Position numbers and translations under genes: made by a program
Notes under the pieces: generated by a model
What the model saw: the letters and a program-made list of their open reading frames with translations, nothing else
Told to the model about the DNA's origin: nothing
The model's database searches: none
Shown: piece by piece, positions 19,130 to 29,175 of the stretch
How positions within the stretch are numbered: position 1 is the stretch's first letter
How the letters are laid out: each line of letters starts with the position of its first letter
Assembly: GCA_035361955.1 (NCBI GenBank)
Contig: DAOSDC010000001.1
Coordinates: 75,114 to 139,113, forward strand
Source of the DNA: Bacilli bacterium
GTDB taxonomy: Bacteria; Bacillota_I; Bacilli_A; RFN20; CAG-826
Reading direction: 5' to 3'
DNA: 64,000 nucleotides

Positions 19130-21155
19130 CGTCGCGCAACTCCTCGGCTAAATTATCAGTACATAGTACTTTTGATGAAATCAAAGCCCCGCTATCGGCG
19201 ATGAACATCATGATTAAAAATAGTAGTATCACTAAACCTGCTGGGATATTTAGAAAACTTAAAAACGGCACTCGTATTAACTGAACTATCTTAACTTTTA
19301 AAAAAATAACCTGGTTGACGATTAACTGAATTATTGGTGCCATGACCATCCCAAGCGTCAATGACATCATCGTGAGGTAGCGGCTGATATTGCGCCACAT
19401 TATTATCATTTGCGAACGCGTGATGCCAAGCGCCCATAAAATGGCCAGACGACGCCGATGCATTTTATAAAAATGCACTAGTGAAATAATCATGGTCAGC
19501 AATCCTGATAGTCCATTGATCGACACGAAGAAATATAGTCCAATCTTAATCGTGTTCATGATTGAAGCCAGGTAGTCACGTTCGCCGAAATACGTCCCCG
19601 AACAAGTCATGGCATCATCTTGATCCCATGTCTCATAAAATCGCACAACCTCGCCGACTTCAAGAAAGACGAACATCATCTCATAATTCCCGATTTCATC
19701 GTTTGCTAAAGCCGACTCGAGTCGATCTGCCAGTGAATAATCAATGCGCAGTAACGAGGCTGCATTTTCAAGGACATAATCAGAAAGCAAATTTTTCGCA
19801 GCCAAATGCGAATAAAAAATGGTCGGAAGCGACTGAAAACGAACATCCTCGATGATGTTTGAAGTGTCAAGAGTGATGTGAAACTCGAATCGGTCACTGG
19901 CGACTTGCCCATGAATATCTGTCGTGTTGATTGGAATATTGACATCGTATGTTAGCGGGGAGTCGATAGCATTGCTATTTTCGATTAGTTGCCAAGCTTG
20001 ATGATTGATCAAGACTTTTGATAAATCGTCGGGATTGGTTTGGTCGAAATATGGTTCGAAACGTATGTTCTCGAGAAGATAATCATTAACCGTTAAGCGA
20101 TAGCGATGAGAAAAAATCGCGCGTACCGAAACATCGACAAAAGCTTCACCATAACCATCTAACATCGCGTAAACTTCACTGTGCGTCGGTCGATGATAGC
20201 GAAGTAACGTCAGTGGTGAATTGGCAATTAAAGTCTTGTCCAAGCGACTAACATAGACAATATTTGAAGCACCGCCACGCAAGGGATGGTATTTAATGGC
20301 CTGGTTAGCGCCGATGGTTAGGCCAATTGTCAATAACGTCGTCGTGATGCTGAAGGATAATGCGGCGATTGCCCAGAAAAAGTGGTGCTTCGATAGTCGC
20401 AAAATGCGTTTGCGAACAAGCTTTAACCGATTGCATTTAGTTTTTCGAAACTTAATTTTTGGAATCGGATTCTTGTTGTCAGTAATCATCGCATCTTCGA
20501 CAATTCGTCCATTTACAAGTTTGATGATGCGATCTGCGTATTGGCTCGTTGCTTCGATGTCGTGGGATACGACAATGACTAATTTTTCGTTTGATAATGC
20601 TTTTAATGTTTCCAAAACTTTGTGACATGAATCGTTATCAAGCGCACCAGTCGGTTCATCAGCCAAGATCACATGGGGGCTTTTTGCTATGGCGCGCAAG
20701 ATGGCGACGCGCTGAGCTTCACCACCTGATAGTGTTTCGACAAGTTGATTCTTCAGGTGATTGAGATTGAACATATCAAACATTTGGTCACATTTTACCA
20801 ACGCTTGTGCCTCATCGACATCGTTTAACAATAGTGAAATAAGGACGTTTTCAAATGCGGTAAAACCTTCAAGCAAATGAAAATGTTGAAATAGATAACC
20901 GAAATATTGACGTTTAATAAACGAATCGGCTTGAGTGGATAGACGGGTTAAGTCATTGCCATCGATGTGGACGCTCCCCGATGTCGGTGTGTCTAACTGA
21001 CCGATGATGTTTAATAGTGTTGATTTACCACAACCCGAAGGTCCATTTATTAGTACGAAACCAACATTCACAAAAGACAAAGTCACACGATCGAGCGCGT
21101 CGTGATTTGATAATCCAATTCGATAAGATTTACTAATATCAGAAAGTGCAATCAA
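19122..21155 (-). CDS. ABC transporter, fused ATPase - FtsX-type permease (MacB-like), paralog or partner of the downstream gene
   Basis: It has Walker A GPSGCGKST, the signature LSGGEAQRV, and Walker B ILADEP. The extracytoplasmic domain is about 280 aa. The start is non-ATG (TTG) and the gene overlaps the next gene by 8 nt. Confidence 0.75.
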   Translation of the reverse strand: MIALSDISKSYRIGLSNHDALDRVTLSFVNVGFVLINGPSGCGKSTLLNIIGQLDTPTSGSVHIDGNDLTRLSTQADSFIKRQYFGYLFQHFHLLEGFTAFENVLISLLLNDVDEAQALVKCDQMFDMFNLNHLKNQLVETLSGGEAQRVAILRAIAKSPHVILADEPTGALDNDSCHKVLETLKALSNEKLVIVVSHDIEATSQYADRIIKLVNGRIVEDAMITDNKNPIPKIKFRKTKCNRLKLVRKRILRLSKHHFFWAIAALSFSITTTLLTIGLTIGANQAIKYHPLRGGASNIVYVSRLDKTLIANSPLTLLRYHRPTHSEVYAMLDGYGEAFVDVSVRAIFSHRYRLTVNDYLLENIRFEPYFDQTNPDDLSKVLINHQAWQLIENSNAIDSPLTYDVNIPINTTDIHGQVASDRFEFHITLDTSNIIEDVRFQSLPTIFYSHLAAKNLLSDYVLENAASLLRIDYSLADRLESALANDEIGNYEMMFVFLEVGEVVRFYETWDQDDAMTCSGTYFGERDYLASIMNTIKIGLYFFVSINGLSGLLTMIISLVHFYKMHRRRLAILWALGITRSQMIIMWRNISRYLTMMSLTLGMVMAPIIQLIVNQVIFLKVKIVQLIRVPFLSFLNIPAGLVILLFLIMMFIADSGALISSKVLCTDNLAEELRDDD

Positions 21156-21157
21156 AA

Positions 21158-21190
21158 GAAAAACCTCTACTTCATTAGTAGAGGCTTACA
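21158..21190 (-). terminator. Rho-independent terminator after DUF951, abutting the ABC start codon
   Basis: On the minus strand the hairpin is CCTCTAC-TAATGAA-GTAGAGG followed by TTTTTCTTTTG. The 3' arm contains the only GAGG upstream of the ABC start. Confidence 0.5.
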
Positions 21191-21191
21191 T

Positions 21192-21398
21192 TTATTCTTG
21201 GCTGGCTTTAACTTCGATGCGTTTGAATCTTTTATTGAACAAATCCCGAGTCAACATCACGACATGACCGCAGCCCATACACGATAATTTGATATCAGCG
21301 CCGACACGAATAATTTTGAATAATTTGCTGCGGGAGTCGCAAGGATGTGGCCTTTTCATCTCAACGACATCGCCCAGACCGTACTTTTCGATTACCAT
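21192..21398 (-). CDS. Small conserved protein, DUF951 family
   Basis: The 68 aa protein has a CxxC…CxxC-like arrangement. It overlaps the fhs end by 7 nt. Confidence 0.45.
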   Translation of the reverse strand: MVIEKYGLGDVVEMKRPHPCDSRSKLFKIIRVGADIKLSCMGCGHVVMLTRDLFNKRFKRIEVKASQE

Positions 21399-23008
21399 GG
21401 TTCATCTTGCATCTTGACGGCGCCCGGCACTTTTCCGAGTCCAGGCATTGTCATTACGTCACCGGTCAATGGGATAATGAATCCAGCGCCTGCCGACAAA
21501 TCGACTTCACGAATGTGAATTCTAAAATTGGTTGGGGCATTTAAAATATCGGGGTTATCGGTCAAGCTTTGTGGTGTTTTAGCCATACAAATCGGTAGAG
21601 AATCATAACCTAACTCACGGTATTTAGCGATTTGTGATTTAGCTTTCTCTGAAAAATCGACACCGGAAGCACCGTAAATATCCTTGCAAATCTTGGCTAT
21701 TTTCTCTTCTATCGGTAAATCTAGTGAATAAAGTGGTCGATAGTCAGAACGTTTCGTTTCGATTAACTCGATGACTTTTGCCGCTAGGGCAATCGCCCCT
21801 TCGCCTCCTTTGGCAAAGGCATCGGAGATGGCGATATGGTGTCCTTGCTCTTGTGCCCATTTCAATAGAGCCTCAACCTCGGCCTCGGTGTCGGTACTAA
21901 ACCGATTAAGGGCGATGACTGAAGGAACGCCGAACTTTTTCATGTTTGATACATGCTTGGCGAGATTGTCCGTACCACTTAACAATGCGGGTACATTTTC
22001 ATGAGCCAACTGATCGAGCGTGACACCTCCATGCATCTTAAGTGCTCTGATTGTGGCGACGATAACCGCGGCATCGGGTTTTAAACCACCGATACGACAT
22101 TTGATATCCATGAATTTTTCCGCGCCTAAATCCGATCCGAATCCAGCTTCTGTTACTAGGATTTCGCCAAGTTTGAGTCCTAGCTTTGTCGCCGTGATGG
22201 AGTTACAACCATGGGCGATATTCGCGAACGGACCACCATGGATTAAGGCTGGATTACCTTCAAGCGTTTGAACGAGATTCGGTTTGAACGCTTCGCGCAT
22301 TAGTTTCATGATTGCGTGAGAAATTTTTAAGTCTTTGATACGAACTGGTTTATCTTCATATGTATAAGCGACAATAACTTCATTTGTCATTCGCTCAAAA
22401 TCATCTGGATTATCGGCTAAGCACAAAATCGCCATCAATTCGCTGGCAACCGTAATCATGAAATGATCGACCCGTGGGGTGCCATTATTTGTTCCTTGCG
22501 CCACGGTAACTTCCCGTAGTGCGCGATCGTTCATATCCATGACGCGTTTCCAAACGATGCGATTGGGATCGATGCCGAGTTCGTTTCCTTGAAAAATATG
22601 GTTATCGATAATTGCCGCGGTGAGATTGACCGCTGATGTCAAGCAATGGATATCACCCGTAAAATGGAGGTTAATTTCTTCTGCTGGTTCGACCCGCGAT
22701 AGCCCCCCACCAGTGGCACCGCCTTTGAGCCCAAACACCGGACCAAGCGATGGTTCCCGTAGCGCTAACACGGCCCGTTTCTTTAATCGAGCCAGTCCGT
22801 CAACCAAGGCGATTGACGTCGTGGTTTTTCCTTCTCCGGCTTTCGTGGGAGTAATCGCGCTGACGAGAACTAGTTTGCCATATGGGACATCTTTTAGGTC
22901 ATCAAAAATCGCGGTGTCGATTTTTGCCTTGTAGTGTCCATAAGGGAGCAAATGTCGTTTCAGAACTCCGATTTTTTTGGCGATGTCGCCGATTGGTAAT
23001 AGTTTCAT
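21392..23008 (-). CDS. fhs: Formate--tetrahydrofolate ligase
   Basis: The 538 aa protein has the P-loop GEGKTTT and the FTHFS family layout. Confidence 0.9.
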   Translation of the reverse strand: MKLLPIGDIAKKIGVLKRHLLPYGHYKAKIDTAIFDDLKDVPYGKLVLVSAITPTKAGEGKTTTSIALVDGLARLKKRAVLALREPSLGPVFGLKGGATGGGLSRVEPAEEINLHFTGDIHCLTSAVNLTAAIIDNHIFQGNELGIDPNRIVWKRVMDMNDRALREVTVAQGTNNGTPRVDHFMITVASELMAILCLADNPDDFERMTNEVIVAYTYEDKPVRIKDLKISHAIMKLMREAFKPNLVQTLEGNPALIHGGPFANIAHGCNSITATKLGLKLGEILVTEAGFGSDLGAEKFMDIKCRIGGLKPDAAVIVATIRALKMHGGVTLDQLAHENVPALLSGTDNLAKHVSNMKKFGVPSVIALNRFSTDTEAEVEALLKWAQEQGHHIAISDAFAKGGEGAIALAAKVIELIETKRSDYRPLYSLDLPIEEKIAKICKDIYGASGVDFSEKAKSQIAKYRELGYDSLPICMAKTPQSLTDNPDILNAPTNFRIHIREVDLSAGAGFIIPLTGDVMTMPGLGKVPGAVKMQDEPW

Positions 23009-23703
23009 AGTAAATCCTGCCTTTCTAGTATTGTAGCAACGATATAGTGCGCAAGCAAAAGACCTGCGCTTGCAGTAACCGCCATGTATGACCCGACCGG
23101 TGTCTGTTTTCTTATCGGAATTTCGCTTGAAAAGACGACTGGAACTTGTGCAATATCGATTGATTGTTTCCGAAGCGCGGTTCGCAATGCTTTGGCAAGC
23201 GGATCATATTCGGTGTGCATGAGGGTCGTAATTCCAATCAATTCAGCCTTGATCCGGTTACCCATGCCGAGGCTACTGACAAACGGAACATGATGTTGGA
23301 TTGACCATTTGATCAGCGCACATTTTCCGGTAATGTTATCAATCGCGTCAATCACGTAATCGGGTTGATAATCGTCAAGAATCGAAATAGACTCCATCTC
23401 AATGGGAACATCGCTTGTCGCAATTTCAAGTCGCGGATTGATTGCTTGAATCCTTTTTTTAGCAGCGGCCACTTTTTTAGAGCCAATATCCGTCGAATCG
23501 TAGAGAGTTTGTCGATTTAAGTTTGAAGGCTGAACAATGTCGGAATCAATTAACAAAAATTTGACGATGCCCGAACGTACAAGGCATTCAAGCGCTGGTC
23601 CGCCGACGCCACCAAGGCCAATTACAGCGACTTTAGCGTTGGTTAGTTTGTCGATACCATCCGGCGCGAATAAGAGGTTTAACCTTTCAAGTCGTTGATC
23701 CAT
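23005..23703 (-). CDS. tcdA: ThiF/MoeB-family E1-like protein, tRNA threonylcarbamoyladenosine dehydratase (TcdA-like)
   Basis: It has the Rossmann GLGGVGG motif and is 232 aa long. Confidence 0.65.
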   Translation of the reverse strand: MDQRLERLNLLFAPDGIDKLTNAKVAVIGLGGVGGPALECLVRSGIVKFLLIDSDIVQPSNLNRQTLYDSTDIGSKKVAAAKKRIQAINPRLEIATSDVPIEMESISILDDYQPDYVIDAIDNITGKCALIKWSIQHHVPFVSSLGMGNRIKAELIGITTLMHTEYDPLAKALRTALRKQSIDIAQVPVVFSSEIPIRKQTPVGSYMAVTASAGLLLAHYIVATILERQDLL

Positions 23704-24586
23704 TATGTTCGTGCGCCCTCATTAGATATGCGAATGCTTCATCCGCGTTAGCAAACCAAGTCATCGGCAGTTGATGTTTGAAAAATGTATCTTGTCTTTT
23801 TATATAGTTGCGATTGGCTTGTTGTAATTTGATAATCGCTTCCTGCAATGTCGCTTGCCCTTCAAAATATGGAAAAAATTCTTTGTATCCGATGGCTTGA
23901 AGCGCTCGGGCGTTCTTACCATATCGATCGTACAATGATCGGACTTCATCGAGCAGTCCGGCGCTAACCATGTCCAATACGCGGCGATTGACTCGCTCGT
24001 AGAGCATGGTTCGATCATGTTTGATGCCCACGAATAGGGCATCATATAATTGATTAGGTGCGACTTTATGTAAGTGTTCGCTTTTAGAAATACCCGTTGC
24101 ATAAAATATTTCCAGTGCCCTAATAATACGTTTGCGGTTGTTTGGATGGATATTCTTAGCGGCGTCAGCATCAATGCTTTGTAATTGTTCATGCAGCTCT
24201 TGGTTACTTTTAGTGGTATCGATCGGAGCAAAGTCTTGATTATGTTGTGGGAAAAAATAATCAAACAGCGCCGCCCGTATGTACAGACCCGTTCCACCCA
24301 CGATGATAATCGGGATGTTTTTCTTATTCAAATCATCGATTACGTTACGAGCATCGCTTTGATAAGCACGCACATCATAACCTTGATCAGGGTCAACAAT
24401 GTCAATCAAGTGATGTGGTATTTCCTGACGTTGATTTAAACTAGCTTTCGCGGTTCCGATATCGAGTCCACGATATACTTGAAAGGCGTCAGCGTTAATA
24501 ATGTGAGCGCCGATAGCTTTGGCAAATCGTAACGACAAGGCGGTTTTTCCGCTCGCGGTTGCGCCAGTGATGACGTAAATCATCAA
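23687..24586 (-). CDS. miaA: tRNA dimethylallyltransferase
   Basis: It has the P-loop GATASGKT and is 299 aa long. Confidence 0.9.
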   Translation of the reverse strand: MMIYVITGATASGKTALSLRFAKAIGAHIINADAFQVYRGLDIGTAKASLNQRQEIPHHLIDIVDPDQGYDVRAYQSDARNVIDDLNKKNIPIIIVGGTGLYIRAALFDYFFPQHNQDFAPIDTTKSNQELHEQLQSIDADAAKNIHPNNRKRIIRALEIFYATGISKSEHLHKVAPNQLYDALFVGIKHDRTMLYERVNRRVLDMVSAGLLDEVRSLYDRYGKNARALQAIGYKEFFPYFEGQATLQEAIIKLQQANRNYIKRQDTFFKHQLPMTWFANADEAFAYLMRAHEHNGSTT

Positions 24587-26289
24587 AAACCAGTCCGTTT
24601 GAACATTTTTTCAAGCTCGGATTGACTAAATTCAATCATCGTCGGTCGGCCATGGGGACAGCTGTAAGGATTATCCGTTTTTAATAAATCGTCGATAAGT
24701 TTTTGCATTTCTGCCAGCGATAAAGATTGATTGGCTTTCAGACTTCGTTTACAACTTTTTGAGGCTATCGCCTGATCACGAATCGCAAGAATGTCAATTT
24801 TATCAAGATGGATAATCTGATCAATCAATCCCTCGACGTAGCGGCGTTCGTCATCCTCGCGCGCCCAGATTGGTATTTGATTGACTTGGTAGGTGTTGCT
24901 GCCAAACGGAACAAGCGTGACTCCCGTCTCATGAAGCGCGGTGATTTTATTTTCGTCGAGAAGTCGTGCTTCGCTCGGTTTCAATTCGATGATTAGCGGT
25001 ACTAACGGCGTCACGATGTAGGCAGATGTCTGGGCCATCGCTTGATATTTCTCATAATTGATCCGTTCGGCGGCCGCGTGTTGATCGATTAGAAGAAGTG
25101 CTCCGGTTTGCGAAGTGGCAACGATATATGTTGCGTGAATTTGCGCGATGGCCTGAAACTTTGTTCGCGGCGGCGCATCGTAAGAAAGTGAAGGTTGCGG
25201 CACTATAGTCGCATATTCCATCGTTGGCTCAAATATTGAGATTGGTTCATCGACAACAGATTCATTTGTCGTTTTCTTAATCGCGCTAATAAGTGGCTGG
25301 GCCACCAGCGTCGTTATTTTCAAATGGTGCGGAATTATTTCAAGCAGAACTTGTCTTAAAACGTCTTCTTTCGAGAAGCGAATTTCACGTTTGCTCGGAT
25401 GGACATTGACATCGACTAGGGAAGGATCGACCTTTAAGTTAATAATTGTGAACGGATACCGCACATTGGGCAAAAAATCGCGATATGCTTCAATAATCGC
25501 CGTTTGGATTTTTGGCATATAAACGGCGCGTCCGTTCAGCAGTGAAATCATATAATACCGATTGCTTTTGGCAATGTCGGGTTTACCGATAAAACCATCA
25601 ATCGTAAAATCTGGACACGAATATTTCATCGGCACCATATTTTTCGCGGCATGAGTGCCAAACACTTGCATAATCGTTTCCAGTTGGTCGCCGCGACCCG
25701 AAGTTTTGAAAATCAGTTTATCCTCCACGCTTAAACTAAACGAAACATGGGGATGGCCAACGGCTAAACGCGATAGTGACTCAATGCAACTTGATGTTTC
25801 CGTTTGGTCGCTTTTCAAATATTTCAAACGGGCCGGTGTATTATAAAATAATTCTTCAACGGTGATTGTGGTACCTATTCGCGCGGTGGCGTCGCTGATG
25901 GCGATTTGGTCTTCATACGCTTCGATTTTCGTGCCGCCACGACCGGTCGAGGTTTCAAGCGTCATCTTGCTAACGGAGGCAATCGAGGGCAGTGCTTCGC
26001 CTCTGAATCCGAGCGTCTTGATTCGGAACAAATCGAATTCAGTTTTAATTTTGCTCGTGGCATGGCGCTTAAGCGCCAATTGCGCATCGTCGCGGTCCAT
26101 GCCCTCGCCATTATCGCTGACAACGATCTTGGTGCGTCCGGCATCATGGATGGCGACTTCAATCGAAGTCGCTTTGGCATCGAGACTATTCTCGACTAAT
26201 TCTTTGACGACGCTGCTCGGTCGCTCGACCACTTCACCGGCGGCAATCATGTTTGACAGCGTATTATCTAATAAGATGATTTTTCCCAT
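24583..26289 (-). CDS. mutL: DNA mismatch repair protein MutL
   Basis: It has the GHKL ATPase N-terminus (NMIAAGEVVERP, DNGEGM). It overlaps miaA by 4 nt. Confidence 0.9.
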   Translation of the reverse strand: MGKIILLDNTLSNMIAAGEVVERPSSVVKELVENSLDAKATSIEVAIHDAGRTKIVVSDNGEGMDRDDAQLALKRHATSKIKTEFDLFRIKTLGFRGEALPSIASVSKMTLETSTGRGGTKIEAYEDQIAISDATARIGTTITVEELFYNTPARLKYLKSDQTETSSCIESLSRLAVGHPHVSFSLSVEDKLIFKTSGRGDQLETIMQVFGTHAAKNMVPMKYSCPDFTIDGFIGKPDIAKSNRYYMISLLNGRAVYMPKIQTAIIEAYRDFLPNVRYPFTIINLKVDPSLVDVNVHPSKREIRFSKEDVLRQVLLEIIPHHLKITTLVAQPLISAIKKTTNESVVDEPISIFEPTMEYATIVPQPSLSYDAPPRTKFQAIAQIHATYIVATSQTGALLLIDQHAAAERINYEKYQAMAQTSAYIVTPLVPLIIELKPSEARLLDENKITALHETGVTLVPFGSNTYQVNQIPIWAREDDERRYVEGLIDQIIHLDKIDILAIRDQAIASKSCKRSLKANQSLSLAEMQKLIDDLLKTDNPYSCPHGRPTMIEFSQSELEKMFKRTGF

Positions 26290-26290
26290 A

Positions 26291-28807
26291 TCATTTCATC
26301 TTCTTTTTCAATTCGTATAAAAATTTTAGGGCCTCCATCGGCGTCATCGCTAATGGATCGAGTTGTTCGAGTTCTTTGATCCATGGCACATCGTTTGGCG
26401 TCGGTTGTTCCATCACCTCAAACGAGGTATGTGTGCCATTGCTTTCGAGATGTTTCAAAATATCTTTGGCACGCTTGAGCAGCACTTCGGGTAAATGCGC
26501 TAATCTTGCGACATTAATGCCATAACTTTTGTTCATGGCGCCACGGGCAACTTTGTATAAGAATGTAACTTTATCTTTTTGTTCGGAAACGAATACTTGA
26601 ATGTTTCGTAAATTGGGGAGTTTCGTTTCGAGTTTCGTCAGTTCATGATAATGGGTTGAGAATATCGTCTTGGCTTTGACGCTAGTGGCGATATATTCCA
26701 TGATCGCTTGGGCAAGCGCCATCCCATCGTATGTTGCCGTTCCGCGTCCGATTTCATCAAAAAGTAGCAACGAACGATCACTAGCGTGACGGAGCGCGTA
26801 ATTGGATTCATTCATTTCAACCATAAAAGTCGATTGGCCGCTGACAAGATCGTCACTGGCGCCAATCCGTGTATAAATGGCATCGAATATTGGCAAATTG
26901 GCATAATCGGCCGGCACATAACATCCTAACTGTGCCAAAATGACAATCAATGCCAATTGTCGCATATATGTCGATTTACCACCCATGTTGGGACCGGTAA
27001 TCAACAATATGTCAACCGTTTGATCAAAATCGATGTCGTTAGCAACATAGCGATTAATTTTCATGACTTTTTCAATCACGGGATGGCGGCCTTTTTTCAC
27101 ATCGATGACACGGTCGGTGTTGAAGGTTGGACGGACATAACCGTTTTTGCCCGAAACATTAGCTAGCGCAATTAAAACGTCGATGTCCGATAACTGATCG
27201 CTAATCGTTTGAATCGTGTTGGTATGGCGTTCAATGTCGCGTCGTAGTTGAATGAATAATTCATATTCAAGATTTTGTCGACGCTCCTCGGCATGCAATA
27301 TTTGCGTTTCCTTGGCTTTTAACTCGGGGGTGATGAACCGTTCGCATGTCGTTAGTGTTTGTTTGCGTTCATAGGCATATTCCGGTTTTAAAAGCGACAA
27401 GTTGCCTTGACTGATTTCGATGTAATATCCGAACACTTTGTTGTATCCGACTTTGAGATTTTTAATGCCCGTCCGTTCGCGTTCTTTAGCTTCAAGCGTG
27501 GAAATCCACACTTTTCCGCCACTAGCTAAATCGATTAACTCATCGAGTTCACGATTGAAGCCGCGCTTAAAAATGCCACCTTCTTTAAGTGTCAATGGGG
27601 CGTCCTCATCGACAGCAGATTCAAGGAGTTGGTACACATCGGTAAGCGTCTCGAACTGCTCGCCCAGGCGATGCAAATGTGGTTCAGCAATAGATTGTAG
27701 TGCCTGTTTAATTGATGGTAATTTAGCTAGTGAATGTTTTAGTTGCAGCAAATCACGGCCATGGGCATTACCATATCCAATTCGGGCTATGAGTCGTTCA
27801 AGGTCATAAATATCAGCTAAAGCTTTGCTTAAATCGTCACGAATCAAAAACTGTTCAATCAAGGCGCCAATCATGTCTTGCCGTTTGACAATCGTTTCCA
27901 AGTCAGCGCTAGGACGTAAAATCCATTGTTTTAGTTTTCGCGTTCCCATCGCCGTTTTAGTATCGTCGAGTAGCCAAAAAAGCGATCCGTACTTTTCGTG
28001 GTTACGCAGTGATTGGATTAACTCGAGATTGGCTGAAGAATAACTGTCGATGCGCAAAATCGATTGGGCTTTGTAAAGAACGGCCGGCTTCAAATATCCC
28101 AACGAGCGCTTTTGGGTTATTTCCAAGTAATGAATGAGGCGGGCAACGGCTTTCATTTGGTGACCATCGTTAATCGAGGTCAACAGCGGTTCGTATTCTA
28201 AAGTCGGCTCATTATCGTCTTGCCGCGATACAAGTAAGCGTCGGCCTGCTATTAACTGCGATAGAATCGTCTCGTCAAATGAGCTTGAAACGACAATTTC
28301 GCGTGTTTGTCTAGCATCAAGTTCACTATTCAAACTAATCAAATCGCGTTCGACGTTGGTCACGAACAGATCGCCCGTGGCGATGTCGCAGGCAACTAAC
28401 ACGAAATTAATTCCCGTATCTTCAATCGCGCAAATGAAATTGTTATCAGAACCACCAGCGTCGATGAACGCTCCCGGCGTCATGATTTGGATGACGTCGC
28501 GATCGACCAATCCTTTGGCTAACGCCGGGTCTTCAAGTTGCTCGACGACACCGACTTTATAGCCACGGTTAACTAGTTTGGCAACATAACTTTTAATGGC
28601 ATGATGGGGAACGCCGCACATCGGGACTTTTTGTTTACTGCCGGCGTTTTTGCCGGTAAGTACCAACTGGAGTTCTTTCGAAGCGATTTTGGCGTCATCA
28701 AAAAAGAATTCGTAAAAGTCCCCGAGCCGAAACAATATCAAGGTATCCGGATGCTTCTCCTTGATGGCTAGATATTGCATCATCATCGGTGTATAAGGCA
28801 TTTTCAT
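26291..28807 (-). CDS. mutS: DNA mismatch repair protein MutS
   Basis: It begins MKMPYTPMMMQYL, has the Walker A GPNMGGKST, and is 838 aa long. Confidence 0.9.
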   Translation of the reverse strand: MKMPYTPMMMQYLAIKEKHPDTLILFRLGDFYEFFFDDAKIASKELQLVLTGKNAGSKQKVPMCGVPHHAIKSYVAKLVNRGYKVGVVEQLEDPALAKGLVDRDVIQIMTPGAFIDAGGSDNNFICAIEDTGINFVLVACDIATGDLFVTNVERDLISLNSELDARQTREIVVSSSFDETILSQLIAGRRLLVSRQDDNEPTLEYEPLLTSINDGHQMKAVARLIHYLEITQKRSLGYLKPAVLYKAQSILRIDSYSSANLELIQSLRNHEKYGSLFWLLDDTKTAMGTRKLKQWILRPSADLETIVKRQDMIGALIEQFLIRDDLSKALADIYDLERLIARIGYGNAHGRDLLQLKHSLAKLPSIKQALQSIAEPHLHRLGEQFETLTDVYQLLESAVDEDAPLTLKEGGIFKRGFNRELDELIDLASGGKVWISTLEAKERERTGIKNLKVGYNKVFGYYIEISQGNLSLLKPEYAYERKQTLTTCERFITPELKAKETQILHAEERRQNLEYELFIQLRRDIERHTNTIQTISDQLSDIDVLIALANVSGKNGYVRPTFNTDRVIDVKKGRHPVIEKVMKINRYVANDIDFDQTVDILLITGPNMGGKSTYMRQLALIVILAQLGCYVPADYANLPIFDAIYTRIGASDDLVSGQSTFMVEMNESNYALRHASDRSLLLFDEIGRGTATYDGMALAQAIMEYIATSVKAKTIFSTHYHELTKLETKLPNLRNIQVFVSEQKDKVTFLYKVARGAMNKSYGINVARLAHLPEVLLKRAKDILKHLESNGTHTSFEVMEQPTPNDVPWIKELEQLDPLAMTPMEALKFLYELKKKMK

Positions 28808-28860
28808 GAATGTTTGCTCAATTAATTATTTTAACATAATTTCTTAATGTCGTTTTGGTG

Positions 28861-29175
28861 TCATTCGAGGGAAAGAATGTCTTTCATCTGCGTCAAAATA
28901 AGGTTGACGGCTTCCTTAAGATTACGGTAATTGACGACGAGTGGATGCGCTTCGTAAATCGCAGTCGCTTCGTCATATACCGCTCGATGAGTTTTGTAGT
29001 GCTCGTCGTTAAGATGCTGTCCCATACCACGTTGCGCCGCCCTGATTTTTTGATCTAGTTCGCTTAGTTCTTGGTTTTGCAAAATCGCTTGACGCACCGC
29101 TAAAAATTCGATGACTTCGGGTATTTGATATAGCGCTTGTTTGACTTCTTGTAGTTTGCTTTCTACTTCGTTCAT
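28861..29175 (-). CDS. ricA: YmcA/RicA-like (YlbF/YmcA family) regulatory protein
   Basis: The 104 aa helical protein sits between miaB and mutS, exactly as ymcA does in B. subtilis. Confidence 0.5.
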   Translation of the reverse strand: MNEVESKLQEVKQALYQIPEVIEFLAVRQAILQNQELSELDQKIRAAQRGMGQHLNDEHYKTHRAVYDEATAIYEAHPLVVNYRNLKEAVNLILTQMKDILSLE

